From: an uncultured Holophagales bacterium
GTDB taxonomy: Bacteria > Acidobacteriota > Thermoanaerobaculia > UBA2201
Length of the DNA: 64,000 bases
Assembly: GCA_964603505.1 (NCBI GenBank)
Contig: CAZRVT010000007.1
Coordinates: 2,320-66,319 of the forward strand
Direction: 5' to 3'
Part shown: positions 25,979 through 35,681 of the stretch, one piece after another
How positions within the stretch are numbered: the stretch's first letter is position 1
Layout: each line of letters starts with the position of its first letter
Translations under genes and position numbers: made by a program
Notes under the pieces: model-generated
What the model saw: only the letters and a program-made list of their open reading frames with translations
Database searches by the model: none
Told to the model about the DNA's origin: nothing

Positions 25979-28789
25979 TTACCGCGGGGGACCGCCCAAG
26001 GCGTCCAGCATCTCCCGGACCTCCGGCTGGTCGGGCGCCATGGCGAGAGAGCGTTCGAGCCACTCGGCCGCCTCCCCGCGCTTCCCCAGGCGGAAGGCCA
26101 CCTTCGCAAGGGCGTTGTAGAGGGCCGGGTCCCGCATTCCGTACTGCTCGGCCCGCCGGAGGTGGTCGTGGGCCTCGGTCAAACGCCCCCCGTTCGCCAG
26201 CGCCGCCCCGTAGTTGAAGTGGACCCGCGGATCGAAGGGGCCGGCCACCAGCGCCTTTCGGAACAGCCGCTCCGCCTCCTCCGACCGCCCCCCCTGCTGG
26301 CGGGCCATCGCCGCGTAGAGCAGGAGCTCGGGGTCGCTGTCGTCGGAGGCCAGCGCGCGCGAAAGGAGAGCCTCCGCCTCGGGGACGAGGCCCAGGCGGA
26401 GGCAGGCCTTGCCCAGGTCCCGCAGGGCGCCGAAAGGGACCGCGGGGTCCCGGAGCGCCGCCTGGAGGGCGGCTTCGGCGGGGGTGGGCCGGCCGGTCCG
26501 GGCGGCGAGCCGAAGGTCCTCCTCGATGGCGTAGGGGTCGGTGGGGTCGAGCGCCAGGGCCCGGCCAAAGGCCTCGTGCGCCTCGCTCTCCCGCCGCTGG
26601 TGGAGGAGGGCGATGCCCACGGCGCTGTGGTAGGCCGCGGCCCCCCCGTACTTCCCCTCGAGAGCGCGCAGGTGCTCCAAGGCCTCCGGGACGCGCCCGA
26701 CGAGCCGCGCCTCGTCCACCAGGTGGACGGCCGCGAGGGCGGGGACCTCCCGGCCGACGCGCATGGCCTCATCGAGCCAGCGCACCGCCTCGGCGTGGTT
26801 CCCGCTCCTGGCCTCGAGCGAGGCCAGGTGGAACATCGCCAAACCGAAAGAGGGGTTGGCCCCGAGGGCCTTGAGGAAAAACTCTTTCGCCTTGTCCCCC
26901 TCTCCCCGATACATGGCGGCGTTGGCCAGGTTGTACCAGGCGGTGTAGCTCCCTTCCTCCCCGCCGCCCCCCGGCGCCGCCGGCGCCGGCCCTCCACCCC
27001 CTCCGATGTAGCCCAGGGCCTGCAATTCCTTCATGCGCTCCTCCATTGCGGCGTCGGGGGCCGCGGCGGGTGTGGCGGGGCGGCCGCCGGCTTCCTCGTA
27101 GGTGGCGATGAAGGCGGGGGGACGGTCCGCGAGGGTGGAGGCCTCGAAGACGGCGGGGAGCCGGCCGTCCATGTCCCGCGCCAGGGGCATCCCCTGGAGG
27201 TAGAGGACCAGGGGCGCGAGGTCGAGGATCGAGACGGGCTCGGCTCTGCCGCGCCGGACGCCGGGGCCCGCGAGCATGAAGACCCCGAATTTGCGATGCC
27301 ACTGGGGCGCCCCCAGGACCATGTCCTCGGGGCTCGCCTGCGGGCGCGAGGCCCCGGTCTTGAAGCCGTGGTCGGAGGCGATCAGGACATATCCATCGGC
27401 GGGGAAGGCGCGGACGAGGTCGCCGACCACGCCGTCGATGAGGGCGTAGTAGGCGTCGAGGGTCCCGGAATACCGGGCGAACTCCGACGCGTCCACCCAC
27501 GGGGGGCGGGGCGGCAGGTACTGGGCGAACCGGTGGCCGGCGGTGTCGGTCCCCTCGAAGTAGGGCGCCATCAGATCCCAGGGACCGCGCCGAAGAAGGT
27601 CCAGGGCCAGGTCGCGCACCGTGCCGGTGGAGGCCAGGATGGCGCGCAGGTGGTTGAGCGGGTCGGCGAACGGGTCCTTCGCCCTCGCCCCCTCCTCCCA
27701 GGCGCGGTCGAACTCCGCGCGCGAGACGTTCACGAGGGGCCGCACCCGGTCGAATCCCACGTCGGCGGCCCGCGTCATGCCGGCCGCCGGAGCGGGGGTG
27801 GGAAAGGGGGAGACGAGGCCGGGTGCGTCGGCGAAGGCACCGCTGAGGCCGAAAAGCTGGTAGCCGACACGCTCGGAGACCAGGACGCCGTCCACCCACT
27901 CGGCGGGGTGAGTGGCCCACCACCCCAGCACCGCCGTCCTCCGCCCGAAGGCGCTCAGAATGTTCCACAGCGCTTTCACCCTCCGCTTGTCGGCGGTGAC
28001 CGGCAGTTCCCTGCCGGTGGCCGGATCGCGCGTGGTGAACTCCAGGATGCCGTGCTTCTCGGGCCGCTTTCCCGTGGCGATGGAGGTCCACAGGATGGGG
28101 GAGAGCATCGGCTCCTCCGAGACGATGTCGGCCCATGCCGACCGGGCCTTCAGCGCCGCCAGGTTCGGCAACGCCCCGCGGGCCATGAGGCGGTCCAGGA
28201 TCATCCAGTCGGCCGCGTCCAGCCCGATGAAGAGGACCGGCCTCGGAGGGCGCGTCAGGGCCCGCACCCGCCCCTTTGTCCCCAGGGCCGCGGCCACGGC
28301 CCCCGCGTCCACCTCCCATTCCAAGCGGGAGAGGGCGAACCCCCGCCTCCTGGCGCGGTCGCGGACCCGTTCCTCCACCAGGGGGCGCTTCGCCGGGTCC
28401 GCCCACTCCTCCAGCCGCAGGGTCAGGCCCGCCTCGACGAAGGCGGCGCGGAGGGCCTCCGCGGCCCGTTCGCCCGACACCCGGTCGCCCGCCGGGCGGG
28501 TCTCCAGGAACTCGAGGGTGAACCGCCCAACGCCCCGGGCGGCGAAGGGGAGCGGGACATACTCGCAGGAGTGGAGGGTCCCCTTGGAAGCGGAGGAGAA
28601 CTCGCGGGCCTCCGGCGCCGCCCCCCGGGCCCGGGGGCCGACCCAGTGGAAGCCGGGACCGAGCTTGCGGAAGGCGTCCCCCTCGGCGGCCCACCGCGCC
28701 TTCCCGGGGGGGACCCGGACCAGGCCGATCCAGACGACGACCGCGGCCAGGACGGCCGCGGCGGCGAAACCCCACGCGAGCTTCTTCAT
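25979..28789 (-). CDS. Second AlkP-superfamily/TPR protein, paralog of 22085-24817
   Basis: IGLDAADW, MLSPILWTSIATGK, EKHGILEF, GTDTAGHRF, LIASDHGF, EERMKELQALGYIGG, TPRs. Start placed at MKKLAW, 7 nt after TGcTACAAT. Confidence 0.88.
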   Translation of the reverse strand: MKKLAWGFAAAAVLAAVVVWIGLVRVPPGKARWAAEGDAFRKLGPGFHWVGPRARGAAPEAREFSSASKGTLHSCEYVPLPFAARGVGRFTLEFLETRPAGDRVSGERAAEALRAAFVEAGLTLRLEEWADPAKRPLVEERVRDRARRRGFALSRLEWEVDAGAVAAALGTKGRVRALTRPPRPVLFIGLDAADWMILDRLMARGALPNLAALKARSAWADIVSEEPMLSPILWTSIATGKRPEKHGILEFTTRDPATGRELPVTADKRRVKALWNILSAFGRRTAVLGWWATHPAEWVDGVLVSERVGYQLFGLSGAFADAPGLVSPFPTPAPAAGMTRAADVGFDRVRPLVNVSRAEFDRAWEEGARAKDPFADPLNHLRAILASTGTVRDLALDLLRRGPWDLMAPYFEGTDTAGHRFAQYLPPRPPWVDASEFARYSGTLDAYYALIDGVVGDLVRAFPADGYVLIASDHGFKTGASRPQASPEDMVLGAPQWHRKFGVFMLAGPGVRRGRAEPVSILDLAPLVLYLQGMPLARDMDGRLPAVFEASTLADRPPAFIATYEEAGGRPATPAAAPDAAMEERMKELQALGYIGGGGGPAPAAPGGGGEEGSYTAWYNLANAAMYRGEGDKAKEFFLKALGANPSFGLAMFHLASLEARSGNHAEAVRWLDEAMRVGREVPALAAVHLVDEARLVGRVPEALEHLRALEGKYGGAAAYHSAVGIALLHQRRESEAHEAFGRALALDPTDPYAIEEDLRLAARTGRPTPAEAALQAALRDPAVPFGALRDLGKACLRLGLVPEAEALLSRALASDDSDPELLLYAAMARQQGGRSEEAERLFRKALVAGPFDPRVHFNYGAALANGGRLTEAHDHLRRAEQYGMRDPALYNALAKVAFRLGKRGEAAEWLERSLAMAPDQPEVREMLDALGGPPR

Positions 28790-28847
28790 CGCGCGCATTG
28801 TAGCATACGGGGGAGGACGCTCCCGTTGGAGGGAAGAGGCCGGGGCC

Positions 28848-31022
28848 TCAGGGGGGCGGCAGCGCCTTCACCTTGCGGCGGACCCGTTCCCCCGCGGCCG
28901 CGTCGAGGGGGAGGGCGAGGGCGCGGCCGTAGGCCCGGCGGGCCCCCGCGGCGTCCTGCGCGAGCGCGCACAGGTCCCCCTCCAGCTCCCAGGCCTCGGC
29001 GTTCGACGGGTCGAGGGCGGTGGCGGCCCGGACGAGGGCAAGCGATTCCTCCGGAGGGTCGCCCAGGGTCCGCTTCACCCGGGCGAGGTCGAGCCGGGCC
29101 GGGAGGAGCCCCGGCTCCAAGCGCACGGCCCGCTCCCAGTGCCCCTTCGCCGCTTCGGCGTCCCCCGCCTCCAGGGCGCAGGTCCCCAGCGAGTACCAGG
29201 CGGGGGCGTAGCCGGGCTGGGAGGCCGTCAGCTCGCGGAGGACCGCCTCCGCCTCCCCCCGCCGCCCCAGCGCCAGCAGCGAGAGAGAGCGCCGCCACTC
29301 CAGCTCCGGCGCGTCGTACCCCCGGGCGCGCGCGTCCGCGTAGGCCCGGAGCGCCTCCGCATGCCGTCCCTCTTGGGCGTCGAGGAGGCCGCGGTAGTAG
29401 GCGGCCAGGGGGTCGCCTGGGATGGCGGCGGCGTAGCGCCGGAGCTCCGTCCGCGCCTCCGCCGGCCGCCCCAGCCGGATGAGGACCTGCACCAGCTTGA
29501 TGCGGACCTCGTGAAGGCCCGGCGCCGCGGCCAGCGCGGCCCGGTACCGCTCGAGCGCCGCCGCGTACTTCTTTTCGCGGCGGTCCAGGTCGCCCAGCAC
29601 CTTGAGCGCCTCGGCGTCGCCCGGGTACTTTCGCCGGAGCGCCTCGAGCGCGGTCCGCGCCGCCTCCGGCCGGCCGGCCACGATGAGGCCGAGGGCCTCC
29701 TCCCATCCGTTCAAATAGTCGCGCCGGTCCTTGGGGTCGGGCAGGTCCTTCCACTTCCCCATGGGCGGGATGTCGGGCCGGCCGCCGGTGAGGTAGCCCA
29801 GGGAGAGGAGCGCGTCGCCGTCGTCCGCGCCGGACGGCTTGCGCCCGCCGCCATCGGCGTCCTTGAACGCGCGGGCCAGCGCCGAGCGGAGGCGCCGGGC
29901 CTCGGCCGGCCGCTGTTCGGACAAGTCGCGGGTGAGGCCGGGATCGGCCTGCGTGTCGTAGAGCTCCTCGCGGGGGGCGAGGATGTACCACCCGTTCCCG
30001 TCCACCAAGCCCCGCAACGGCGACAGGCCGTGGTGGAGCCAGGGATAGAGCGTTTCCATGGCGCGGGGACGGGGGGGCGGCGGGGGCTCCGCGAGAAGGT
30101 CGGCGCCGGAGCTCGGCAGGGGCGGAAGGCCGGCGCGCGCCAGGAGCGTGGCGGCCAGGTCGGCTAAGCGGGCGGGCCGGCGGCTCCGCCCCGTGGGGCC
30201 GCCGCCCCGCGGGGGGACGAGGAGGCAGAGGACGCGCATCGTGGAGGGGTAGAGGAACGCCCCGTGGGTGGCCTCTCCGTGGTCGCCCAGCCCCTCGCCG
30301 TGATCGGAGACCACGGCGATCCAGGTGCGCTCCGGGCGCGGCAGGGCGCGCACAAGCTCCGCCAGCCGGGCGTCGGCGCTGGCCACCTCGCCGTCGTAGG
30401 GGTCCTGGAAGGCCGCGTCGAACGGAGGAGGCGGATCATAGGGGGCGTGGGGGTCGTAGAGGTGGACCCAGGCGAAGAAGGGGCGCGGACCCCGCGCCCG
30501 GAGCCACTCCCCCGCCGCCGCCACGGTCTGCGCGGAGGGCCGCTCGGGGACCGCGATCCCGCCGGAGCGGAGGGCGTCGAGCGGGAGCTCGTCGTACCGC
30601 CCGAACCCGCGGGCCAGGCCGAAAGGGGAGGCCAGGACATAGGCGCTGACGAACGCCGCGGTGTCGTAGCCCGCCGCCGCGAGGCGCTCCTGCAGGAGGG
30701 GGAGGTCGGGGGGGACGCTGTAGTTGGCGTTGTCGCGCACCCCGTGCTCCCAGGGCTCCAGGCCCGACAGCAGGGTGGCGTGGGCGGGGAGCGTCAGCGG
30801 GACGGGGCTGAGGGCGTCCGGGAAGAGGAGGCCGCGGCGGGCGAGGGCGTCGATCGACGGGGTGGTCGGCCGCGCGGTGCCGAGGCACCCCACCCGGTCG
30901 GCGCGGAGGGTGTCGATGGAGACCAGAAGGAGGTCCGGGGGCTCCGCCGCCGACGGCGCGGCGGCGGCCGCGGCAAGGGCGCCGGCGGCCAGCGCGGCGA
31001 GGAGGACCCGGTATCGGAACAT
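28848..31022 (-). CDS. Sulfatase-like hydrolase/transferase with C-terminal TPRs
   Basis: LLVSIDTLRADRVG, VPLTLPAHATLLSG (no CxPxR), FFAWVHLYDPHAPY, YDGEV, VSDHGEGLGDHGE, ELYD, LLSLGYL. Start placed at MFRYRV, 7 nt after TACAAT. Confidence 0.88.
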   Translation of the reverse strand: MFRYRVLLAALAAGALAAAAAAPSAAEPPDLLLVSIDTLRADRVGCLGTARPTTPSIDALARRGLLFPDALSPVPLTLPAHATLLSGLEPWEHGVRDNANYSVPPDLPLLQERLAAAGYDTAAFVSAYVLASPFGLARGFGRYDELPLDALRSGGIAVPERPSAQTVAAAGEWLRARGPRPFFAWVHLYDPHAPYDPPPPFDAAFQDPYDGEVASADARLAELVRALPRPERTWIAVVSDHGEGLGDHGEATHGAFLYPSTMRVLCLLVPPRGGGPTGRSRRPARLADLAATLLARAGLPPLPSSGADLLAEPPPPPRPRAMETLYPWLHHGLSPLRGLVDGNGWYILAPREELYDTQADPGLTRDLSEQRPAEARRLRSALARAFKDADGGGRKPSGADDGDALLSLGYLTGGRPDIPPMGKWKDLPDPKDRRDYLNGWEEALGLIVAGRPEAARTALEALRRKYPGDAEALKVLGDLDRREKKYAAALERYRAALAAAPGLHEVRIKLVQVLIRLGRPAEARTELRRYAAAIPGDPLAAYYRGLLDAQEGRHAEALRAYADARARGYDAPELEWRRSLSLLALGRRGEAEAVLRELTASQPGYAPAWYSLGTCALEAGDAEAAKGHWERAVRLEPGLLPARLDLARVKRTLGDPPEESLALVRAATALDPSNAEAWELEGDLCALAQDAAGARRAYGRALALPLDAAAGERVRRKVKALPPP

Positions 31023-31051
31023 CGGGAGCATTGTATTCAATCCAGGAGAAT

Positions 31052-31080
31052 AAAAAAAGGGGGCTCCCGAAGGAGCCCCC
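31052..31080 (-). terminator. Intrinsic terminator of the TonB-dependent receptor gene
   Basis: Minus strand GGGGGCTCC-TTCG-GGAGCCCCC-TTTTTTT. Confidence 0.92.
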
Positions 31081-31103
31081 GTTGGGGCGAGGAACGAGGG
31101 AAC

Positions 31104-34100
31104 TTAGAAGCTGAGGGTGAAGCCCAGGCGGATGGAGCGGGGGGCCTGGTAGACCAGGGGCTCGCCCCAGGTCGGGTTGAGGTAGTCGCAGTAGGCGCTG
31201 CGGCCGGTGTCGCCCTCGGGCAGGTCGCAACCCTGGGGGTCCCACTCGTAGCCGTCCGCCGCGCCATCGCCGTTGACATCCCAGGTGCCGGTGTCGTCGG
31301 TCCACTGGGCGGCGAAGGAGCTCCAGGTCTGCTCGACGACCATCGCGTGCTGGAAGTTGAACACGTTGAAGACGTCGAGGATGATCTTGAACTGCATGGA
31401 GTCGGAGAACTTGATGGGGTAGGCGAGGTGCAGGCTGAAGTCGTAGACGTCCTCGCTGCGGCCGTAGGAACCGCGGGCACCGACGAACCGCTCGTCGTCG
31501 CCGTAGTCGAGGTGGGCGCCGAGCTTGGACCGCGGGGTGCCGGTCATCCACCAGGCGTCATAGCCGGCCACCAGGCCGAACGGGAAGCGGTAGGAGCCGT
31601 AGGTCTTGAACTGGTACTCGCGGTCGTTGGGGAGCAGGCCGCGCGAGCCGGGGAGCAGCTGGGGCAGGTCGTAGAGGGAGGTGATGTAGGGGTCGAGCTG
31701 GCCATTGTCCTGGCGGAAGAGGCCGCCGTAGTTGCCCTCGCTCTTGCTCCACAGGAAGGAGAAGCTGGCCTGCCAGTTGTTGGAGAAGCGCTTGCTGAGG
31801 GAGAGCTCCACCGCGCGGTAGAAGCGGACCGGGGTGACGAAGCAGAAGGTCCGCTCCTCGGGGGTGGCCTCGACGTCGTTGCCGACGGTCACGCAGGCGC
31901 TTTCGACGCCCACCAGGGATCCGGGGTTGCCGATCTCGTAGGAGGAGCCGCCGTCGAAGGAGTAGTCCTCCATGACGTCGGCGATGGAGCGGTAGGTGCC
32001 CTCGAGTCCGACGGAGACATTGGGCATGATCTCGTACTCGCCGCCCATGATGATCTCCTCCTCGTAGGAGGGTTTGATGCCGTCGGCGATGGTGGCGGCG
32101 CCGCCGGAGAGGCGGACGCGCTGCAGCAGGCCGGGATTGCTGGTGGAGGGAAGGGTCGGGTTGCCCTCGGCGTCGGTGGGATACTGGTAGTAGTAGAACC
32201 AGTACTCCTCGAGGCCGAACGCGCGGACGTTGATCTGCAGCGGGATGTCGTTGAAGAACTTGCCGTAGTGGCCGTAGACCTTGGACCGGCCGTTGTTCAT
32301 GAAGTCCCAGATGAAGCCGATGCGGGGGGAGATCATGTCGGAGAAGCCGAAGTCGAGGCCGGGGGAGTAGCCGAGCTCGGTGGCGTTGCCCTCGCTCTTG
32401 GAGCTGTCGGCGCGGACGCCGAGGTTGAGGGTGAAGTTGGGCATGATCTTCCACGAGGCCTGGGCGAACAGCGCCGTCGAGGTGGTCTGGCCGACGGAGT
32501 TGTTCTGGTAGTTGCGGTTGTAGTAGTCGAAGTAGGAGGAGAAGCCCTGGTTGTAGAGGTACCAGCGGTTGCCGTGGCGCGCCTCGACCATGAAGCCGGG
32601 CTGGCCGTCCTCGGTGGTGCAGGCGCGGCCGGTGGCCTCCGCGAGGTCCGCCATGCTCATGCCGGTGGGATGGAAGTCCTCATCGTACCAGTTGGTGACT
32701 CCGTCGCCGTCCTCGTCGCCCCAGTAGTCGTAGCCCGCGTTGGCGCGGATGTCGCCGATGGGGGCGCAGAAAGCCTCGCTGGAGCCGTTGACGCCCGCGA
32801 GGTCGGTGAACTCGAGCTCCTTGTAGTCCACGCCGAACTTCATCTCGAGAGGGCCGACGAACCAGGAGAGGGAGGCCTTGGCCTGGTCGCGGAAGCGCTC
32901 GGTGTTCATCTCGTCGAAGCCCGCGCCGCCGAAGGAGATGCCGTTGCCGCAGTCCACGCCGAAGGTGGTGTGGTTGCCGTAGCAGGTCCAGTCGCCGTTC
33001 CAGTCCACCCAGGTCTCCTGGTTGAGCGTCGGGCGGCGGTCCACCTTGGTCTCGTGGTGGCCGAACTTCAGCTCGAGCAGGAGGGAGGGGGAGAGGATGG
33101 AGTTCCACACGGCGCCGTAGTTGTAGCCGCCGGTCTCGTAGCTCCGGTCGAAATCGGTGACGATGGGCTCGCCGGGGTTCTTGGGGTTGGCGTAGTCATA
33201 GCCCGCGTCGGAGACGTCGATGAAGTAGTCGCCGTACAGGTCGTTGCCGTCGCGCGGGTCCATGATCACGTTGGCGACGACGCTGTTGGAGGGGTTGATG
33301 GCCCAGTTGAGCTTGAGGGCGCCGTAGCCCGGGTCGCCTTCCCGCTTCTCGGTGAAGGTGCCGTATCCCTCGATCGGAAGGAGGTAGGTGTCCTCGCGGT
33401 AGACGGGGTTGAGGGCCACGAAGTACCACAGCTTGTCCTCGATGATCTTGCCGCCAAGGGACAGGCCGTAATCGTACTCCTTGAAGGACTCCAGGGAGGA
33501 GCCGCCGACGGGGGTCTCGCCCTCGTCGGTGAGGGAGTCGTCGGTGAAGTAGCCGAAGGCCTCGCCCTGGAACTCGTTGGAGCCGGACTTGGTGACGACG
33601 TTGACGATGCCGCCCATGGCGCCGCCGTACTCGGCCTCGTAGCCGCCGGTCTTGACCTCGACCTCCTGCACGAAGTTGAAGGTGACGTTCGTGCCGATGG
33701 TCCCGAAGGCGGGATCGGAGGTGTCGATGCCGTCGACCAGGTAGCGGTTCTCGGCGCCGGAGGCGCCGCCGATGGAGGCGTTGTTGCCGAGCTCACCGTT
33801 CACCGCGCTGGGCGCCAGGAAGGAGAGGCTCTGGTAGGAGCGGCCCGCCGGCAGGTCCTGGATCAGTTCCTGCGTCAGGTTCACGCCGCCCGTGGTGGAG
33901 GAGACGTCGACCAGGGGGGACTCCCCGGTGACCGTGATCTTCTCCTCGAACGCCGGCTGCAGGTTCACCTGGAGGGTGACCGTGCGGCCCAGGCCGACCT
34001 GGATGCCGACCTGCTCGAGGTCCGCGAAGCCGCTCATCCGGGCGGTGAGCTTGTAGTCGCCGATCGGAAGGACCTTCGCGATGAATTTGCCGTTGACGTC

Positions 34101-34271
34101 GGTCTGGACCACGCGGGCGCCCTGCAGCGCCGGAGAGGTCAGCTCGACGGTGACGCCGGGAAGGGGCTGTTTGTTGTTGTCATAGACCGTCCCTTCGATG
34201 GCGCCGGTCGTCTGGGCCAGCGCCATCGCGGTCACGAAGAGCGCGGCCAAGAAGAACTTCAGATACTTCAT
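31104..34271 (-). CDS. TonB-dependent outer-membrane receptor, Oar-like, with N-terminal carboxypeptidase-regulatory-like domain
   Basis: Signal peptide, TTGAIEGTV...LPGVTVELTS, plug GGASGAENRYLVDG / EVEVKTGGYEAEYGGAMGGIVNVVTKSG, terminal PRSIRLGFTLSF. Confidence 0.93.
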   Translation of the reverse strand: MKYLKFFLAALFVTAMALAQTTGAIEGTVYDNNKQPLPGVTVELTSPALQGARVVQTDVNGKFIAKVLPIGDYKLTARMSGFADLEQVGIQVGLGRTVTLQVNLQPAFEEKITVTGESPLVDVSSTTGGVNLTQELIQDLPAGRSYQSLSFLAPSAVNGELGNNASIGGASGAENRYLVDGIDTSDPAFGTIGTNVTFNFVQEVEVKTGGYEAEYGGAMGGIVNVVTKSGSNEFQGEAFGYFTDDSLTDEGETPVGGSSLESFKEYDYGLSLGGKIIEDKLWYFVALNPVYREDTYLLPIEGYGTFTEKREGDPGYGALKLNWAINPSNSVVANVIMDPRDGNDLYGDYFIDVSDAGYDYANPKNPGEPIVTDFDRSYETGGYNYGAVWNSILSPSLLLELKFGHHETKVDRRPTLNQETWVDWNGDWTCYGNHTTFGVDCGNGISFGGAGFDEMNTERFRDQAKASLSWFVGPLEMKFGVDYKELEFTDLAGVNGSSEAFCAPIGDIRANAGYDYWGDEDGDGVTNWYDEDFHPTGMSMADLAEATGRACTTEDGQPGFMVEARHGNRWYLYNQGFSSYFDYYNRNYQNNSVGQTTSTALFAQASWKIMPNFTLNLGVRADSSKSEGNATELGYSPGLDFGFSDMISPRIGFIWDFMNNGRSKVYGHYGKFFNDIPLQINVRAFGLEEYWFYYYQYPTDAEGNPTLPSTSNPGLLQRVRLSGGAATIADGIKPSYEEEIIMGGEYEIMPNVSVGLEGTYRSIADVMEDYSFDGGSSYEIGNPGSLVGVESACVTVGNDVEATPEERTFCFVTPVRFYRAVELSLSKRFSNNWQASFSFLWSKSEGNYGGLFRQDNGQLDPYITSLYDLPQLLPGSRGLLPNDREYQFKTYGSYRFPFGLVAGYDAWWMTGTPRSKLGAHLDYGDDERFVGARGSYGRSEDVYDFSLHLAYPIKFSDSMQFKIILDVFNVFNFQHAMVVEQTWSSFAAQWTDDTGTWDVNGDGAADGYEWDPQGCDLPEGDTGRSAYCDYLNPTWGEPLVYQAPRSIRLGFTLSF

Positions 34272-34396
34272 ACAACCTCCTTAAAGGGTTTTGGATAGTT
34301 GCCGTTGCCTTGAAATTCCGAGATCGGGAAATCGCGCGTTTCGTGGGTCACCGGTCCGCGACCACCCCCTTTCTGGACTTTCACGCCGTAACTATG

Positions 34397-34412
34397 AGCA
34401 AGTTTCGTGCCA
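34397..34412 (-). promoter_or_regulatory. Sigma54 (-24/-12) promoter
   Basis: Minus strand TGGCACG-AAAC-TTGCT, matching the RpoN consensus, about 125 nt upstream of the receptor ATG. Confidence 0.85.
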
Positions 34413-34497
34413 ACCCATTATGTCCCAGGCAGGAGGATATGAGCGTCACTTGTCCACATTTTTGAATATTCCGTCCAATTTGTTTATCCCCCCCGGG

Positions 34498-34526
34498 TGG
34501 ACATCCCGGGGGCGTTTTGGTATCGT
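34498..34526 (+). promoter_or_regulatory. Sigma70-type promoter giving a leaderless tldD transcript
   Basis: TGGACA, 17-nt spacer, TATCGT (extended TG), then 6 nt to ATG 34533. Confidence 0.55.
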
Positions 34527-34532
34527 GGGGCC

Positions 34533-35681
34533 ATGGTCGCCGGCCGCGTGGCGCAGATCGCCCTGGAGGAGTGGGAGACCTCGTGGAGCTTCGGCCCGCG
34601 GGGGATGGATCTGCGCGCTCGGGCCGAGGGGGGGCGGGCCGAGCACCGCTACGAGGGGGAGCGTATCGCCGTCCAGTCCGCCTCCCTGGCCCCCGACCCG
34701 GCCCCCCCCGAGCACCCGGCGCCGGCGGCCGTTTGGTGGCGCTTCGCCCGGCGGTGCGGGGCGCGGGCGATGGAACTGACCGTGACGGTCCAACGGTACC
34801 GCCACGCTTTTCAGCCCGGCCCGGCCCGCCTCGACCACCGCCGCTCGTGCGTCCTCAGAATCCACCTGGGGTCGGAGAGCGCCGTGTTCCATTTCGCCCA
34901 CCCGGCGGCGCACCACCGGGCCGCCGTGGAGCGCCACCTCCGTGAGCTCGAGTGGATGCGGAGCCAGCCCCCGCGAGAGCTCCCCGGCCGCCTCCCCGTC
35001 GTCTTCGGGCGCGGCACGGGGGGCATCCTGATGCACGAGGCGCTGGGGCATTTCCTCGAGGCCGACCTCGGCCACATCCCCATCCTGTGGAAGCGGATCG
35101 GGAGCCAGGCGGCCCACCCGCGGCTCACGGTGGCGGACGACCCGCGCGCCCCCGGTCTCCCCGCCTGCCGGCGGTGGGACGACGAGGGGCAGCCGGCGGT
35201 GCGGCGCACCCTGGTGGAGGACGGCGTGCTCCGGGACCTGCTGTGCGACCTGCGCGGCGCGGAGAAGTATTTCCTCCACCCGGGCTGCGCCCGCACCGCC
35301 TCGTTCGTCGAGGCCCCCTCGCCGCGGATGACCAACCTGGTGGTCGGGCCCGTCCCGGGCGGGCCCGCCGACCCGGGGCGTCTCTTCACCCGCTTCCTAT
35401 GGGTGACGGGGGTGGCCTCGGCCCGCTCCCTCCCCCCCGACCGGCTGGAGCTCGAGGCGGGACCGGCGTTCGTGGTGGCGGGGGGGCGGGCGGTGTCGGG
35501 CCATCCGCGCGTCCTCGTTCGAGGCCGGGAGGAGCTCTTCCTCCACGGGCTCGCCGCCATCGGCCCGCGGACGGAGGCGTGCATCACCTTCGGCTTCTGC
35601 ACCAAAGACGGCCGTCCGCTCCCGTCCGGGGCGGCATCGCCCTATCTGGCCTACCCCGAAATGGAGGTCTCCCCCCTGTGA
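34533..35681 (+). CDS. tldD: TldD-like metalloprotease (short form)
   Basis: GILMHEALGHFLEAD (HExxGH), TVADDP, WDDEG, LVEDGVL, SPRMTNL. Confidence 0.8.
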   Translation: MVAGRVAQIALEEWETSWSFGPRGMDLRARAEGGRAEHRYEGERIAVQSASLAPDPAPPEHPAPAAVWWRFARRCGARAMELTVTVQRYRHAFQPGPARLDHRRSCVLRIHLGSESAVFHFAHPAAHHRAAVERHLRELEWMRSQPPRELPGRLPVVFGRGTGGILMHEALGHFLEADLGHIPILWKRIGSQAAHPRLTVADDPRAPGLPACRRWDDEGQPAVRRTLVEDGVLRDLLCDLRGAEKYFLHPGCARTASFVEAPSPRMTNLVVGPVPGGPADPGRLFTRFLWVTGVASARSLPPDRLELEAGPAFVVAGGRAVSGHPRVLVRGREELFLHGLAAIGPRTEACITFGFCTKDGRPLPSGAASPYLAYPEMEVSPL

